This document shows positions 1-9,800 of a stretch of 64,000 bases of DNA, piece by piece. The notes below the pieces were generated by a model. That model did no database searches, was not told the DNA's origin, and saw only the letters and a program-made list of their open reading frames with translations. Both the position numbers and the translations under genes were made by a program. How positions within the stretch are numbered: position 1 is the first letter of the stretch; every line of letters begins with the position of its first letter. The DNA comes from an uncultured Gemmatimonadales bacterium (GTDB lineage Bacteria; Gemmatimonadota; Gemmatimonadetes; Gemmatimonadales; GWC2-71-9), in NCBI GenBank assembly GCA_963748815.1, contig CAVVKJ010000006.1, positions 65,728 to 129,727 on the forward strand, read 5' to 3'.

Positions 1-5
1 CGGGA

Positions 6-2129
6 TCAGCGCCGCGCGTGAAGCCGGGCCTTGAGGCGTTCGACTTCGGCGCGCAACTCCGCCAGGTCGGCGTCCATCCGTTCGAGCGAGCGCATCAAGT
101 CCACTTCGAACGGGACGGCCGAGCCCGGTTCCCTGGTCGGGACGTCCACGTGGACCGGCTCGCTGGGTGGCAGCGGATCGGGAACCAGCTCCTGCGTGAC
201 GCGCAGGCGGCGCGGCTCGAGATAGAAGGTCCAGATCAGGGCGCCGACGAACAGCAGCACCAGTATCCCCTGCGCGCTCAGCGACTCCACGGTCCGGTAG
301 ATCCCCAGCCGCTCGATCTGCGGCGCCCACGACACCACCGTGATCGGCACCACCCCGCCCCCCTGCAGCTCGGCGATGCCCTTCCCGAGGAACACGAACG
401 CCATGTAGTAGAGGAAGGCGCTCGTGACGCCGAAGAACGGCTTGAGCGGCAGCCGGACGCCGAACCGATTGATCAGCACGTACACGATCGCCAGCACGAC
501 CGAGGCGGCGGCGATCCCGAGCACCACCGGCCAGACCGCGCCCGAGGCCGGCCCGGCGACCAGCAGCGCCTTGTAGAAGAGGACCGTCTCCACCCCCTCC
601 CGGTACACCGCCAGGAACGCCACCGAGGGCAGCGCGAACATCGACCCGGAGACCAGCGCGTCCTGCACCTTGCCCTTCACGAACCGATTCCACTTGGCGA
701 CTTCCATCTTCGAGAGCAGCCAGTAGCTCACATAGAAGAGGGCGACCGTCGCCACGAGCATCGTGATGCCCTCGAGCACCTCCTGGCTGGCCGGCGAGAA
801 GCGGAAGATGGTCTCGAACGCCACCGCCGTGAGCAGGCTGACGACGATGGCCGCACCAACGCCGATGTGGATGTCCCGCCGGCGCTGCGCATTGCCCGTC
901 TTCACGAGGAACGCGATCAGCGCGCCGATGAGCAGGATCGCCTCCAGCCCCTCCCGCAGCAGGATGACGAACGACTGGACGAAGAGGTCCGTGGTGGTCA
1001 TCGGTTTGCCGAGGATCCGCTCGGCGCGGGCGAGCCCGGCGGCCAACTCGGCGCGGAGCGACTCCAGCTCGGCCGGCGTGGCCCCCCCGCCCGCCCGGCC
1101 CCGGAGCGTCGCAAACCCGGCCTCGAGCTGCCCCGCGAGCGACGGGTCGATGGCGCGGAGCCCGGACTCGACCTGCTCGAAGGTCAGGTAGGCCTCGAAG
1201 GCCTCGCCGCTGGCCCGCTCGCTCTGCCCGGCGGCAGCCAGCACCAGCACGGAATCGAGCTTCCGGTTCACGTCGGCGAAGATCGCCTCGGCCTGCACCC
1301 CCGACTCCTGGGACTGGAAGCTCCGGACCGCGGCGATGGCCGGTGCGGCCCGGTCGAGCGGAGCGCCCAACGCCTCGGCGATTTGCCGGTCGGACATCCG
1401 TGCCGTGGTGCCGAAGGGTCGGAGTCCGGCGGGGACGTCACCCGCCGGCGCGGGATACCGCAGGAGGGTGGCATATGCAGCGGCGGCCCAGCGGTCCGCG
1501 GCGCTCAGCCGAGTCTCGAAGGCGGGCATCGCGGTCCCCGCGACTCCGATCGTGACGCGGCGGTAGAAATCGAGTGGCGAAACATCCACTAGGCGCACGC
1601 CATCGGTCAGCGCGGAAGGTGGCGGGGTCAGCCCGAGGCCGGCCGGGCCATCGCCTCGGCCGGCCGGGCCATGACAGTCGGCGCAATGCTGCTGATACAC
1701 CTGCGCCCCGCGCGCGAGCGGGGGCGCCGTCCCCGGGACCTGGTCGACGTCGACGCGGTAGCGCTCCGCGAGACCGCCCGTGACAGTGCGCGCGCCGACG
1801 GCCACCGAATCGGGATCCGCCGTCCGGGCGACCGCCGCGATCAGCTGATCAATGGCCTTGATAGTCGATGCCGAGGACTCTGGCGGGAGTCGCTCGGCGG
1901 TCCGGCGGGCCTCGGCGAGGAAGAGGTTGGCCTCCTCGACCTCGGCGGGAGAGATGACCCGCCCCTCCGAGACGCCGATCCGGTACTCCTGCGCCGCGAG
2001 CTGGACGGTCGTCGCGATCCGTTGCACGATGGGCGCGAGGTCCGCGGCAGGCTGCACCGACTGCACCCCCTGCTGGGGGGCGGCGGCGAGGAGAACTGAG
2101 GCGGCTACAGAGATGAGAATCATTATCAA
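6..2129 (-). CDS. cytochrome c domain fused to FTR1/EfeU-type high-affinity iron permease
   Basis: 707-aa ORF. It has a signal-like N-terminus (MIMILISVAASVLLAAAP) and a CADCH haem-c motif. A multi-TM region follows with two REGxE motifs (REGLE, REGVE) typical of FTR1 permeases. The C-terminal tail looks like a coiled coil. Confidence 0.85.
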   Translation of the reverse strand: MIMILISVAASVLLAAAPQQGVQSVQPAADLAPIVQRIATTVQLAAQEYRIGVSEGRVISPAEVEEANLFLAEARRTAERLPPESSASTIKAIDQLIAAVARTADPDSVAVGARTVTGGLAERYRVDVDQVPGTAPPLARGAQVYQQHCADCHGPAGRGDGPAGLGLTPPPSALTDGVRLVDVSPLDFYRRVTIGVAGTAMPAFETRLSAADRWAAAAYATLLRYPAPAGDVPAGLRPFGTTARMSDRQIAEALGAPLDRAAPAIAAVRSFQSQESGVQAEAIFADVNRKLDSVLVLAAAGQSERASGEAFEAYLTFEQVESGLRAIDPSLAGQLEAGFATLRGRAGGGATPAELESLRAELAAGLARAERILGKPMTTTDLFVQSFVILLREGLEAILLIGALIAFLVKTGNAQRRRDIHIGVGAAIVVSLLTAVAFETIFRFSPASQEVLEGITMLVATVALFYVSYWLLSKMEVAKWNRFVKGKVQDALVSGSMFALPSVAFLAVYREGVETVLFYKALLVAGPASGAVWPVVLGIAAASVVLAIVYVLINRFGVRLPLKPFFGVTSAFLYYMAFVFLGKGIAELQGGGVVPITVVSWAPQIERLGIYRTVESLSAQGILVLLFVGALIWTFYLEPRRLRVTQELVPDPLPPSEPVHVDVPTREPGSAVPFEVDLMRSLERMDADLAELRAEVERLKARLHARR

Positions 2130-2177
2130 GTCGTTTAGTCGGCGAAGCTGGAAAGTAGAGTGCGCCGCTCGGATTCG

Positions 2178-2561
2178 CTAGGGCTGGTTTCGGGAGAGAA
2201 CAACCACCGCGCCGGCCACGCCATGCGTGTGGCTCAGCGAGAGCATCAGCTCGTACTCGGCCGGCACCCCGGCCGCGAGGCCGTGCAGGAGGAGCCGCGG
2301 CCTCCCTTCCGGCTCACGGATCACCTCCAGCTCCTGCCAGCCGACCGCCCGCATGCCGGGCAACGATTGCAGCGCCTTGTACGCCGCCTCCTTCGCCGCC
2401 ACACGCACCGCGAAGTTGGGCGCGGGGTCGGCTTGCCGCAGGACATACTCCCGCTCACCCTCGGTCAGGAATCGCGAGAGCGCGCGTTCCCCGAACTTCG
2501 AGAGAATGCGGCGTGCCCGCTCCACCTCGACCAGGTCGATGCCGACGCCGATCACGCTCAC
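2178..2561 (-). CDS. acpS: holo-[acyl-carrier-protein] synthase
   Basis: C-terminal 127 aa of the 213-aa ORF read VSVIGVGIDLVEVERA...LSLSHTHGVAGAVVVL, a classic AcpS 4'-phosphopantetheinyl transferase pattern. The GTG start overlaps the upstream stop (GTGA at 2558-2561). The N-terminal extension in the track is R/G-rich junk. Confidence 0.85.
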   Translation of the reverse strand: MSVIGVGIDLVEVERARRILSKFGERALSRFLTEGEREYVLRQADPAPNFAVRVAAKEAAYKALQSLPGMRAVGWQELEVIREPEGRPRLLLHGLAAGVPAEYELMLSLSHTHGVAGAVVVLSRNQP

Positions 2562-3250
2562 ATCCGGCCCCACAGGAACTCGGCCAGCGGTCGCAACGGG
2601 TCCGGCACCGGCAGGTATCCGCCGAGGAGCAGCCCCGCCCAGAGCGCAGCGGCGAGCACCACGCCGGTCAGGGTCCAGAGTGGCCAGCGAGGGCGACGCC
2701 ACGCCGCCACTGATGCGATGTCCCCCTCCCATTCCGCCATCTCGTGTTCCGCGGCGGCGGTCAATGCCGCCCACGCACTTTCCAACCGCCGCGCGGTGGC
2801 CAGCACCTGCGGCCCCCACCGTGCGGCCGGCGCCTGCTCCAGTTCGGTGGCCGCGCGCAGCAGGGCGCCGGCCCCGGCGCCCAGGCGGGCGTGGATGGCT
2901 CGGTGCTCGGAGGGAGTGATGCGGTGTCGCTCCACCCGCCAGGCCGGCATGCGCGCAGCCACCGCGGCCGAGGTGATCCGCGCCTCCAATTTCTCGATCA
3001 GGACCGCGGCCGCCTCCTCAGCGGCGGCGTCCCAGCAACTGGCCCATACCATCGGCGCGAGGGCCTCGCGGGCCGCCACGTCGTGGCCGGCCGCCAGCGC
3101 TGCGCGCGCCTCGCCAGCGGCCTCGAGGAGCCGCGTCACCAGGGAAAGACGCACCGCCGCGAGCAGCGCGTCGATGCCGCCCGGCGCGGCAGGATGCACG
3201 AGGCGCCCAAGCGCCGGGCCGAGCTCCGGCAGGACAGGTCTGGTGTTCAC
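2558..3250 (-). CDS. hypothetical Ala-rich helical protein with C-terminal transmembrane segment
   Basis: 230-aa portion of the 360-aa ORF starting at GTG 3250 (VNTRPVLPELG...), which overlaps the CYTH stop (GTGA). It has a C-terminal hydrophobic stretch (WPLWTLTGVVLAAALWAGLLLGG). No motif I recognise. Confidence 0.55.
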   Translation of the reverse strand: MNTRPVLPELGPALGRLVHPAAPGGIDALLAAVRLSLVTRLLEAAGEARAALAAGHDVAAREALAPMVWASCWDAAAEEAAAVLIEKLEARITSAAVAARMPAWRVERHRITPSEHRAIHARLGAGAGALLRAATELEQAPAARWGPQVLATARRLESAWAALTAAAEHEMAEWEGDIASVAAWRRPRWPLWTLTGVVLAAALWAGLLLGGYLPVPDPLRPLAEFLWGRM

Positions 3251-3864
3251 CGACGTTCCCACTGTGGGCGCCTCCCCTTGAGATCGGCGACGGCGAGCGC
3301 GGCCCGTTCGCCGGATCGCGCCTCGTACCTGCGCACGAACTCCACCAGCGGTTCCGGCTCGAACGCCGCGCGCGGAAGGCCGGTCACACCCAGCGCTGCC
3401 TCGATGGCCGTGGCCGTGCCCTCGACCTCGACCAGCACGTCCATGAGCGGATACCACTCGAGCCGCACCTCCGCGTCGCGCACGCGATAGACCTCGACGA
3501 ACCGGTCGACCGACTTGATGACGCCGTAGCCGAGGGCGGCGAGAATGCCGGTGGCCGTCCCGCCGTCTCCCTCGACGGCGCACTCCATCTCGTCGCGCAG
3601 CTTGTATCCCTCCGGCGACCGGCGGGTCGGTCCCTTCCACGCCATGTGGGCGTGGGCCGGCCCTCCCTCAGGACGCCAGGTCCGTATGCGGAGGACTTCG
3701 TCGCGGTCGCGCAGTGTGCCATCCACGTCGAATATTCGGTCTTCCATCAACCCCTTGAACGTCGCCTCCGCGCCGGACTCGACGAGGTGCCGCCGCAGCA
3801 GCCCCGCGTCGGGGACCACCGCCTTCAGCTCGAGTTCGGGATTGGCGCCGGGCATCCCGCTCAC
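3247..3864 (-). CDS. CYTH-domain protein (CyaB-like class IV adenylate cyclase / triphosphate tunnel metalloenzyme)
   Basis: 205-aa ORF with an N-terminal ExExK signature (ELELK). Size and beta-rich pattern are typical of CYTH/CyaB-ThTPase proteins. The start overlaps the HAD stop. Confidence 0.8.
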   Translation of the reverse strand: MSGMPGANPELELKAVVPDAGLLRRHLVESGAEATFKGLMEDRIFDVDGTLRDRDEVLRIRTWRPEGGPAHAHMAWKGPTRRSPEGYKLRDEMECAVEGDGGTATGILAALGYGVIKSVDRFVEVYRVRDAEVRLEWYPLMDVLVEVEGTATAIEAALGVTGLPRAAFEPEPLVEFVRRYEARSGERAALAVADLKGRRPQWERR

Positions 3865-4559
3865 GAGAGAATCGCCTCGAGTACCGCGTCGGTGTCCGAC
3901 AAATCGTCGAACGCCGCGCGCGCGCCGGCGTCGCGCAACGCCGCCACCGCGTAGCTGCCGGTCGCCACCGCCACCGCGCGGGCGCCGATGTCGCGACCGC
4001 AGGTCACGTCCGCGGGCGTGTCGCCGACGATGACCACCGTTTCCCCCGCCGGCACCCGGCCGAAGATCGGCGCGGCGCGTTCCGCGGCGATGGCGGGGAG
4101 ATCGGGTCGGTGCGAGGAGTCGGACCCGTAGGCCCCGACCCGAAAGCGGGCGGGATCGAGCCCGGCCGATCGCAGTTTGAGCCCCGCCCCCTGCACGATG
4201 TTCCCGGTGAGGAGTCCGAGCACCACGTCGGCCTGCGCCTCCAGCCGGTCGAGCAGCGCCGGCACGCCCGGGAGGACGCGGGTCCGCGCCGCCGAGCGGG
4301 CCAACTCCTCCTCCAGGAGGACCAGGTACCGCTCGAGAATGTCGGCGACCGCAGCGGGGTCACCCGCGGAGGCGTCGCCCGCGGCCTCGAGCATTTCGCG
4401 CACGATCTGCGGATCGGTCTTGCCGTCGAACCGGATTCCCTCCCACACCTTGGCGTCGAGCATTCGGCCGGCCATCGCGGTGGTGATGGCCCGCCGGCCG
4501 GCGCCGGGGGTGAGGAGGAGTGTGCCGTCGATGTCGAAGAGGACGAGGAGGCGGGTCAT
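3861..4559 (-). CDS. HAD-superfamily hydrolase (phosphoglycolate phosphatase-like)
   Basis: Internal ATG at 4559 gives MTRLLVLFDIDGTLL (DxDGT motif I). Later motifs are LLTGN and a late GDTPADV motif. The start overlaps the NlpC/P60 stop (ATGA). Confidence 0.85.
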   Translation of the reverse strand: MTRLLVLFDIDGTLLLTPGAGRRAITTAMAGRMLDAKVWEGIRFDGKTDPQIVREMLEAAGDASAGDPAAVADILERYLVLLEEELARSAARTRVLPGVPALLDRLEAQADVVLGLLTGNIVQGAGLKLRSAGLDPARFRVGAYGSDSSHRPDLPAIAAERAAPIFGRVPAGETVVIVGDTPADVTCGRDIGARAVAVATGSYAVAALRDAGARAAFDDLSDTDAVLEAILS

Positions 4560-5350
4560 CCGGTGGCGGCAGCTCCCGGAACCCGACGGGCGGTGACGAA
4601 GTGCTCGCGGAGGTGCGCGGCGCGATGCCCCGGAGCCCACGACTCGCGCAGGACGCCGCCGCACGACACCGTCGAATGGACCAGGGTGTCGTCGTGGCCG
4701 GCAAACGCCACGTGGGTGACGCTCCGTCCGTTCTCGCTGAAGAAGAGGAGATCCCCCACGCGGACCGCGTCGAGCGCCACCTCGGCGCCGACCAGCGCCT
4801 GCGCCGACGAATCCCGCGGCAGCGACACCCCGCGGGCCGCGAAGGTGGTCTGCACCAGCCCCGAACAGTCCACCCCGGCGTCGGTGACTCCGCCCCACTG
4901 GTACGGCGCGCCGGAGAACGCCTCCAACGCCCACTGTTCCGCCGGGACGGCGCGCGCCGCGCGCGCGAGTTCATCGGCCGGGAGGATGTGCCCCTGGGTG
5001 AGCGAGCCGACGGTGCCGTCGGGGAGCCGGACCCGGCCGTGCTCCAGCGCCGCGCGGGCCCGGACGGGAATCCGCCGGTGCCCGGCCGCCGTCTCGATTT
5101 CGGCTCCCGTCGACCACCCCGTCGCCTCCTCCCGCCACCGCGCCGCATCCTCCGCGGTCACGTCGCGGAGGTAGCCCCGGTGGGCCCACCCCTCGTAGTG
5201 ATCGACGGCGGTCCGGATCCGATACCAGGTGCCGGTGGTCTCGAGCAGCTCGGCGGTTTCCCCGAGGACCAGCTGCGTCACCTGTTCGGTCCGCAGCGAC
5301 GCCTCCCGGAAGAGGGGAACGACCGCGGCATGTGCGATGACGGCATTCAC
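4556..5350 (-). CDS. NlpC/P60 (C40) family peptidoglycan peptidase with N-terminal SH3b-like domain
   Basis: GTG 5350 gives VNAVIAHAAVVPLFREASLRTEQVTQLVLGETAELLE...WYRIR...YEGWAHRGYL (SH3b-like). The catalytic region follows: YQWGG...GVDCSGLVQ...VTHVAF. Confidence 0.85.
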   Translation of the reverse strand: MNAVIAHAAVVPLFREASLRTEQVTQLVLGETAELLETTGTWYRIRTAVDHYEGWAHRGYLRDVTAEDAARWREEATGWSTGAEIETAAGHRRIPVRARAALEHGRVRLPDGTVGSLTQGHILPADELARAARAVPAEQWALEAFSGAPYQWGGVTDAGVDCSGLVQTTFAARGVSLPRDSSAQALVGAEVALDAVRVGDLLFFSENGRSVTHVAFAGHDDTLVHSTVSCGGVLRESWAPGHRAAHLREHFVTARRVPGAAATG

Positions 5351-5526
5351 GCGGGGCTCGCCTTGGCGTGCTTGGCCTGGCAGGGCGCGCAGCGCTCGAC
5401 GCCCCGGAAGGCGCAGATCAGGCAGATGAAGGTGCCGCACTCGATGCAGGGGTACCCCTCGGACGCGCGCTCCTCCCGGCCGCAGGCGCGGCACTGCATC
5501 GCGTCGTGTTCGTGGATGTCCGCCAT
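5347..5526 (-). CDS. small (59 aa) eight-cysteine zinc-ribbon / B-box-like protein, not in the ORF track
   Basis: My own translation: MADIHEHDAMQCRACGREERASEGYPCIECGTFICLICAFRGVERCAPCQAKHAKASPA. The ATG is preceded by GGAGG 5 nt upstream. The stop overlaps the NlpC/P60 GTG (GTGA). 58 of 59 codons end in G/C. There are four CxxC pairs. Confidence 0.6.
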   Translation of the reverse strand: MADIHEHDAMQCRACGREERASEGYPCIECGTFICLICAFRGVERCAPCQAKHAKASPA

Positions 5527-5537
5527 GCGGCCTCCGC

Positions 5538-6884
5538 TCAGATGTCCAGGTTCCAGCGCTTGATCTTGTTGATCAGCGTGGCGCGCGAGATGCCCAGCTC
5601 CAGCGCCGAGCGGGTGCGATTCCCGCCGTGGTGCCGCAGCGTCCGTTCGATGTGCTGGCGTTCCAGTTCCTCGAGGGCCAGCGGCGTGTGCCGGCGGTCG
5701 CCAGGTCCGGGGCGGGCCCGGAACTCGCCGGGCAGGTGCTCGACGCCGACCGCCGCCTGCCCCCGACCGAGGATGAGCGCCCGCTCGAGCACGTTCCGCA
5801 TTTCGCGCACGTTGCCCGGCCAGCCGTAGCCGAGGAGGCGCTCGAGCGACTCCGCGCCGACTTCCGGCGGTCCGTCCGGCAACTCGGTGCGCAGGTCGTT
5901 GAAGATCCGGGTGATCAGCGCGAGCCGGTCGTCGCGGGAGCGCTCCCGGACCGCCGGCAGCCGCACCGGCATGACGCTCAGCCGATAGTACAGGTCCTCG
6001 CGAAACCGGCCCGCCTCGACCTCGGCGGCCAGGTCCTTGTTGGTCGCGGCGACCAGTCGCACATCCACCGTGATTTCCCGGGTGCCGCCCAGCCGCCGGA
6101 AGGTCTTGGTCTCGAGCACCTTCAGGAGCTTCGGCTGGAGCTCCAGCGACAGGTCGCCAATCTCGTCGAGGAAGATCGTCCCGCGATCGGCGATCTCGAA
6201 GAGTCCCTGCTTCCGGTCTTTCGCGTCGGTGAAGGCCCCCTTCTCGTGGCCGAACAGCTCGGAATCGAGGAAGGTGGCGCTGAGCCCGGCGCAGTTGACC
6301 TCCACGAACGGCATCCGCGCACGCGGGCCGAGGTTGTGGATCATCCGCGCGACCCAGCCTTTGCCGCTACCGCTCTCCCCCAGCAGGAGGACGGTGGTGC
6401 GCTCGCTCTGCGCCAGCAGGGAAATCTGGTGGGCGAACGCCTTCATCGTCGCCGAGCCGCCAAGCGAGTCGAGCCCGTGCCCGGCGCCCCCCTGATTGAC
6501 CAGCGCCTCGTTGACGCGCCGGAGCCGGGCCTTGTCCGCCACCCGCGCGGCGGCCGCCGACAGGTGCGTCATGTCCACCGGCTTCGAGAGGAAATTCTCC
6601 GCGCCCAGCTGCATGGCCCGCACCGCGGTAGGGACGTCGCTGTTTCCCGTGAGCAGGATGACCCCCGCGTCCCGTTCACGGAGCTTTTCCAGCACCTCGA
6701 GGCCGTCCATGCCGGGGAGGTGCAGGTCGAGCATCACGACGTCGGGGTGCAGCCGGTCGTACGTGGCCAGCCCGGCCTCCCCGCTGAGTTCGCGGGTGAC
6801 CTCCCAGCCGAGCTGCTCGAAGTAATTGCCGATCGCGCGGAGGACGTCCGTGTCGTCGTCGATCAGCAGGACGGAACCGATCAT
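5538..6884 (-). CDS. sigma54-dependent (NtrC-family) response regulator
   Basis: REC domain (LLIDDD...VVMLDLHLPGMDG). AAA+ domain with Walker A GESGSGKG, Walker B FLDEIGD and a GAFTGA-like loop (GAFTDA). C-terminal Fis-type HTH (ALELGISRATLINKIKRW). Confidence 0.95.
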   Translation of the reverse strand: MIGSVLLIDDDTDVLRAIGNYFEQLGWEVTRELSGEAGLATYDRLHPDVVMLDLHLPGMDGLEVLEKLRERDAGVILLTGNSDVPTAVRAMQLGAENFLSKPVDMTHLSAAAARVADKARLRRVNEALVNQGGAGHGLDSLGGSATMKAFAHQISLLAQSERTTVLLLGESGSGKGWVARMIHNLGPRARMPFVEVNCAGLSATFLDSELFGHEKGAFTDAKDRKQGLFEIADRGTIFLDEIGDLSLELQPKLLKVLETKTFRRLGGTREITVDVRLVAATNKDLAAEVEAGRFREDLYYRLSVMPVRLPAVRERSRDDRLALITRIFNDLRTELPDGPPEVGAESLERLLGYGWPGNVREMRNVLERALILGRGQAAVGVEHLPGEFRARPGPGDRRHTPLALEELERQHIERTLRHHGGNRTRSALELGISRATLINKIKRWNLDI

Positions 6885-6888
6885 CGTG

Positions 6889-9800
6889 TCACCTCGCGCC
6901 GCGGCCGGGGTGCCGCGGGAGTTCGAACCAGAGACGCGCCCCGCCCCCCGGGCGGTTCTCGGCGCGGATGTCGCCGCCGTGGGCGCGGATGATGCCGTGC
7001 GAAATCGAGAGCCCGAGCCCGGTGCCCTCGCCGGCAGGCTTCGTGGAGAAGAACGGTTCGAAGATACGCGCCATCACGTCCGGCGGAATACCGGACCCGC
7101 CATCGAGCACTTCGAGCACCACCATCGGCCCGTCCCCCCACGCCCGCACGGAGCCGGTCGCCCCGGTCGCGCGCATCGCGTGGGCCCCGTTCGACAAGAG
7201 GTTCAGCACCACCTGCCGGATCTGGTCGGGATCGGCGTGGACCGGGGGCAGGTCCGCGGGAATGTCCACCGTCCAGCGCCCGAGCCGCTCCCCGCTGGCG
7301 CTGACCGCGTCGCGCACCAGCGCACCCAGATCGAGCTCCGTCCGGCGGAGCGGCCGCTGCCGCGCAAAGGTCAGCAGGTCGGTCACGATTTGCGCCGCCC
7401 GGGTCGCCTCGGTCCGGATGCTTTCGACCACCCGCCGGCTTCCTTCGTCCAGCGGCTCATCCAGGATGAGCGCCTGCGCCAGCGCGCTGATGCCGGCCAG
7501 GGGATTGTTGAGTTCGTGCGCCACGCCGCTCACCAGGCGGCCGAGCCCCGCCAGCTTCTCCGTCTGCCCGAGTTGCTCGCGGAGACGCTGTTCGTCGGTC
7601 ACGTCGCGCGCAATGGCCAGCACGAGGGGAGCCCCGGCCCCTTCCTCCGCGGCGGGCACCGCCACCACCGACGCCTCGCGCACCACGCCGTCCGGGCGCC
7701 GCAGCCGCATGACGAACTCCCTCGGCTCCCCTCCCCGCACCAGCGTCAGCTGCTTGGCAACATACGCCGCCTCCGCGGGCACCACGAAATCCGCCAGCCT
7801 CGGCTCGGCCTCGCCAAACCCGGCGAGCGCGCGCGCGGCGGGATTGACCGAGCGAAGCACCCCGTCCTCGTCCAGCGTGAAGATGGCGACCGGAACCGTG
7901 TCGAACAATGCCCGGTAGCGAACCTCCGAGCGACGCAATTCTTCCGTCGCGACCCGTTCACGGGTGACATCACGCATCAGCGCCACCGACCCCCCGGCGC
8001 CCTCCACCGGCCCCAGTGGCGCCAGCGACACGGCGAGGAGCCGCCCCTGCCCGTCGGGGCGCACGATCCGCGACTCGAACCGCCGGGAACCGGTCCCCCC
8101 GTCCAGATCGCCGGGGAGCAGCTCGGCCAGCGGCCGCCCGTGCAGCGCCTCCTCGGGACTCCCGAACAGCTCGACCGCGGCGGCGTTGGCGAAGCGGACG
8201 TCGCCGTGCGGGTCCGCCAGCACGATCGCGTCGTGCGCCGCCTCGACCACGAGCCGGAATCGCTGCTCGAGCCGGAGCACCTGGCTGACATCGTCGACCG
8301 CGACCACGTGCCCCCCCTCCGGGAGCGGCGTCGCGGTCACGACCAGCGATCGGCCGTCCACCGCCTCGAGCAGGGTGGTCACCCCCGAGCCCGCCGCGGT
8401 CGACAGGGCCACCGGATCCTCCCGCGTCTCGCCGCCGTCGACAAAGAGGCCATGGAACGGACGCCCGACGATTTCGGTGACCCCCACCCCCGCCAGGTCG
8501 GCGACGAATCGGTTGGCGCGCGCGATCCTGCCGGTCGCATCGAGAATGGCGAGCCCGGTGGCGGCCGCGTCGAACGCGGTCTGCCACTCGCGCCGGCTCC
8601 GGCTGACAAGGTCGAAGAGACGGCTCTTGCCGATGGCCAGCGCCGCCTGGTCGGCAAACGCCACCGCCAGCCGGCGCTCCTCCGAGGCGTATTCCCTGGG
8701 CCGGTCGTGAAAAAAGGCCAGCACACCAATCGTCTCGTTCGCGAAGACCAGCGGCAGGAAGGCCGCGGACGCGTACCCTTCGGCGTGCACGGCCGCGGCC
8801 ATCGGCGAGGCGAACTCCCGCCGCGCGTGCTCCACGAAGACCGGCCGGCCGTCGAGCAGCGAGGCCGCGGCAGGCAGGGCATGGAACTGACGCTCGAAGG
8901 CCCGGGCATACGCCTCGGAGAGCCGAATGCGCGCGAGGCAGGCCGCCGAGCGCGCTGCCCGGTCGAGGAGGAAGACGCCGGTCCGCTCCGCCCCGAAGAC
9001 CCGCATCCCCTCCTCGGCGAGGAAGTGCGTCGTGCGATCGGCGTCCTCCACGCCGGTGAGAGCGTGCGCCACCCGGCCCAGCGCGTCGATCTGGTCGAGC
9101 CGGGTCAGCAACTCACCGCGGAGCCGAAGCCCGCTGACGGACGCCGCGACCTGGTCGGCCACCGCCTGGAGCATCAGCAGGTTGTCCGCCGACGGGACGG
9201 TCCACCCGGCATCCGGACCCGACACCGTGAGGACGCCGGTGATCACCGAGCCGAACCGCATCGGCACCATGGCACCGGGCCGATGGGGACGCGGCCGCCG
9301 CGGATCGGGCGCCGCTTCCGGCTCCCCCTCCAGGTCCGCGCTCGAGCGCGCCACGCCACTGCGCGACACCGCCACCTGCGGATCTCGCTCGCCGAGCACG
9401 TCACCCACCCGGTAGAGCCGGGCCTCCCGCCCAAGGGCGCCGAGCACCACCAATCCGGGCAGCTGCTCGCCGGGCCGCCCGGCGACCATCGCCCCCGCGG
9501 CCTGGGCGACGGTCAGCGCCGCCTGTAATCCACGCTCGACCATCGCGTCGATCGTGCCGATCGTCGAGAGGTCGTGCGCCAGTGCCCGGAGCGCCTCGCT
9601 CCCCGCCAGCGTCGCCTCGGCGATCGCCTCGGCGGCCCGCGTCGAGTCGACAGTGCGCGTGGCCTGAATGGCGATGGCGGCGTGGGCCGCGATGGCGGAG
9701 ACGACGCCAACCGCCTCGTCGTCGTAGGCGTTCGCCCGGTACGATTGCGTGGACAGGACCCCGAGCAGCCGGTCGCCGAGCATCATCGGCGCGTGGATGG

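Noticed and set aside
18-1592. Long alternative-frame or antisense ORFs throughout the track, for example 18..1592+, 6826..9528+, 17651..20284-, 21526..23574-, 34048..36087+, 36558..38213+ and 54150..55055-.
   Set aside because: Their products are Arg/Gly/Pro/Ala/His-rich low-complexity strings with no motifs. Each lies opposite or out of frame to an ORF with clear family signatures. Such shadow ORFs are expected when stop codons are rare in very GC-rich DNA.
6921-6927. GTTCGAA strings at 6921 and 62851, resembling the tRNA T-loop.
   Set aside because: Both lie inside well-supported coding sequence, and no acceptor or anticodon stem pairing is evident. No tRNA, rRNA or tmRNA-like region was found in the small intergenic spaces.
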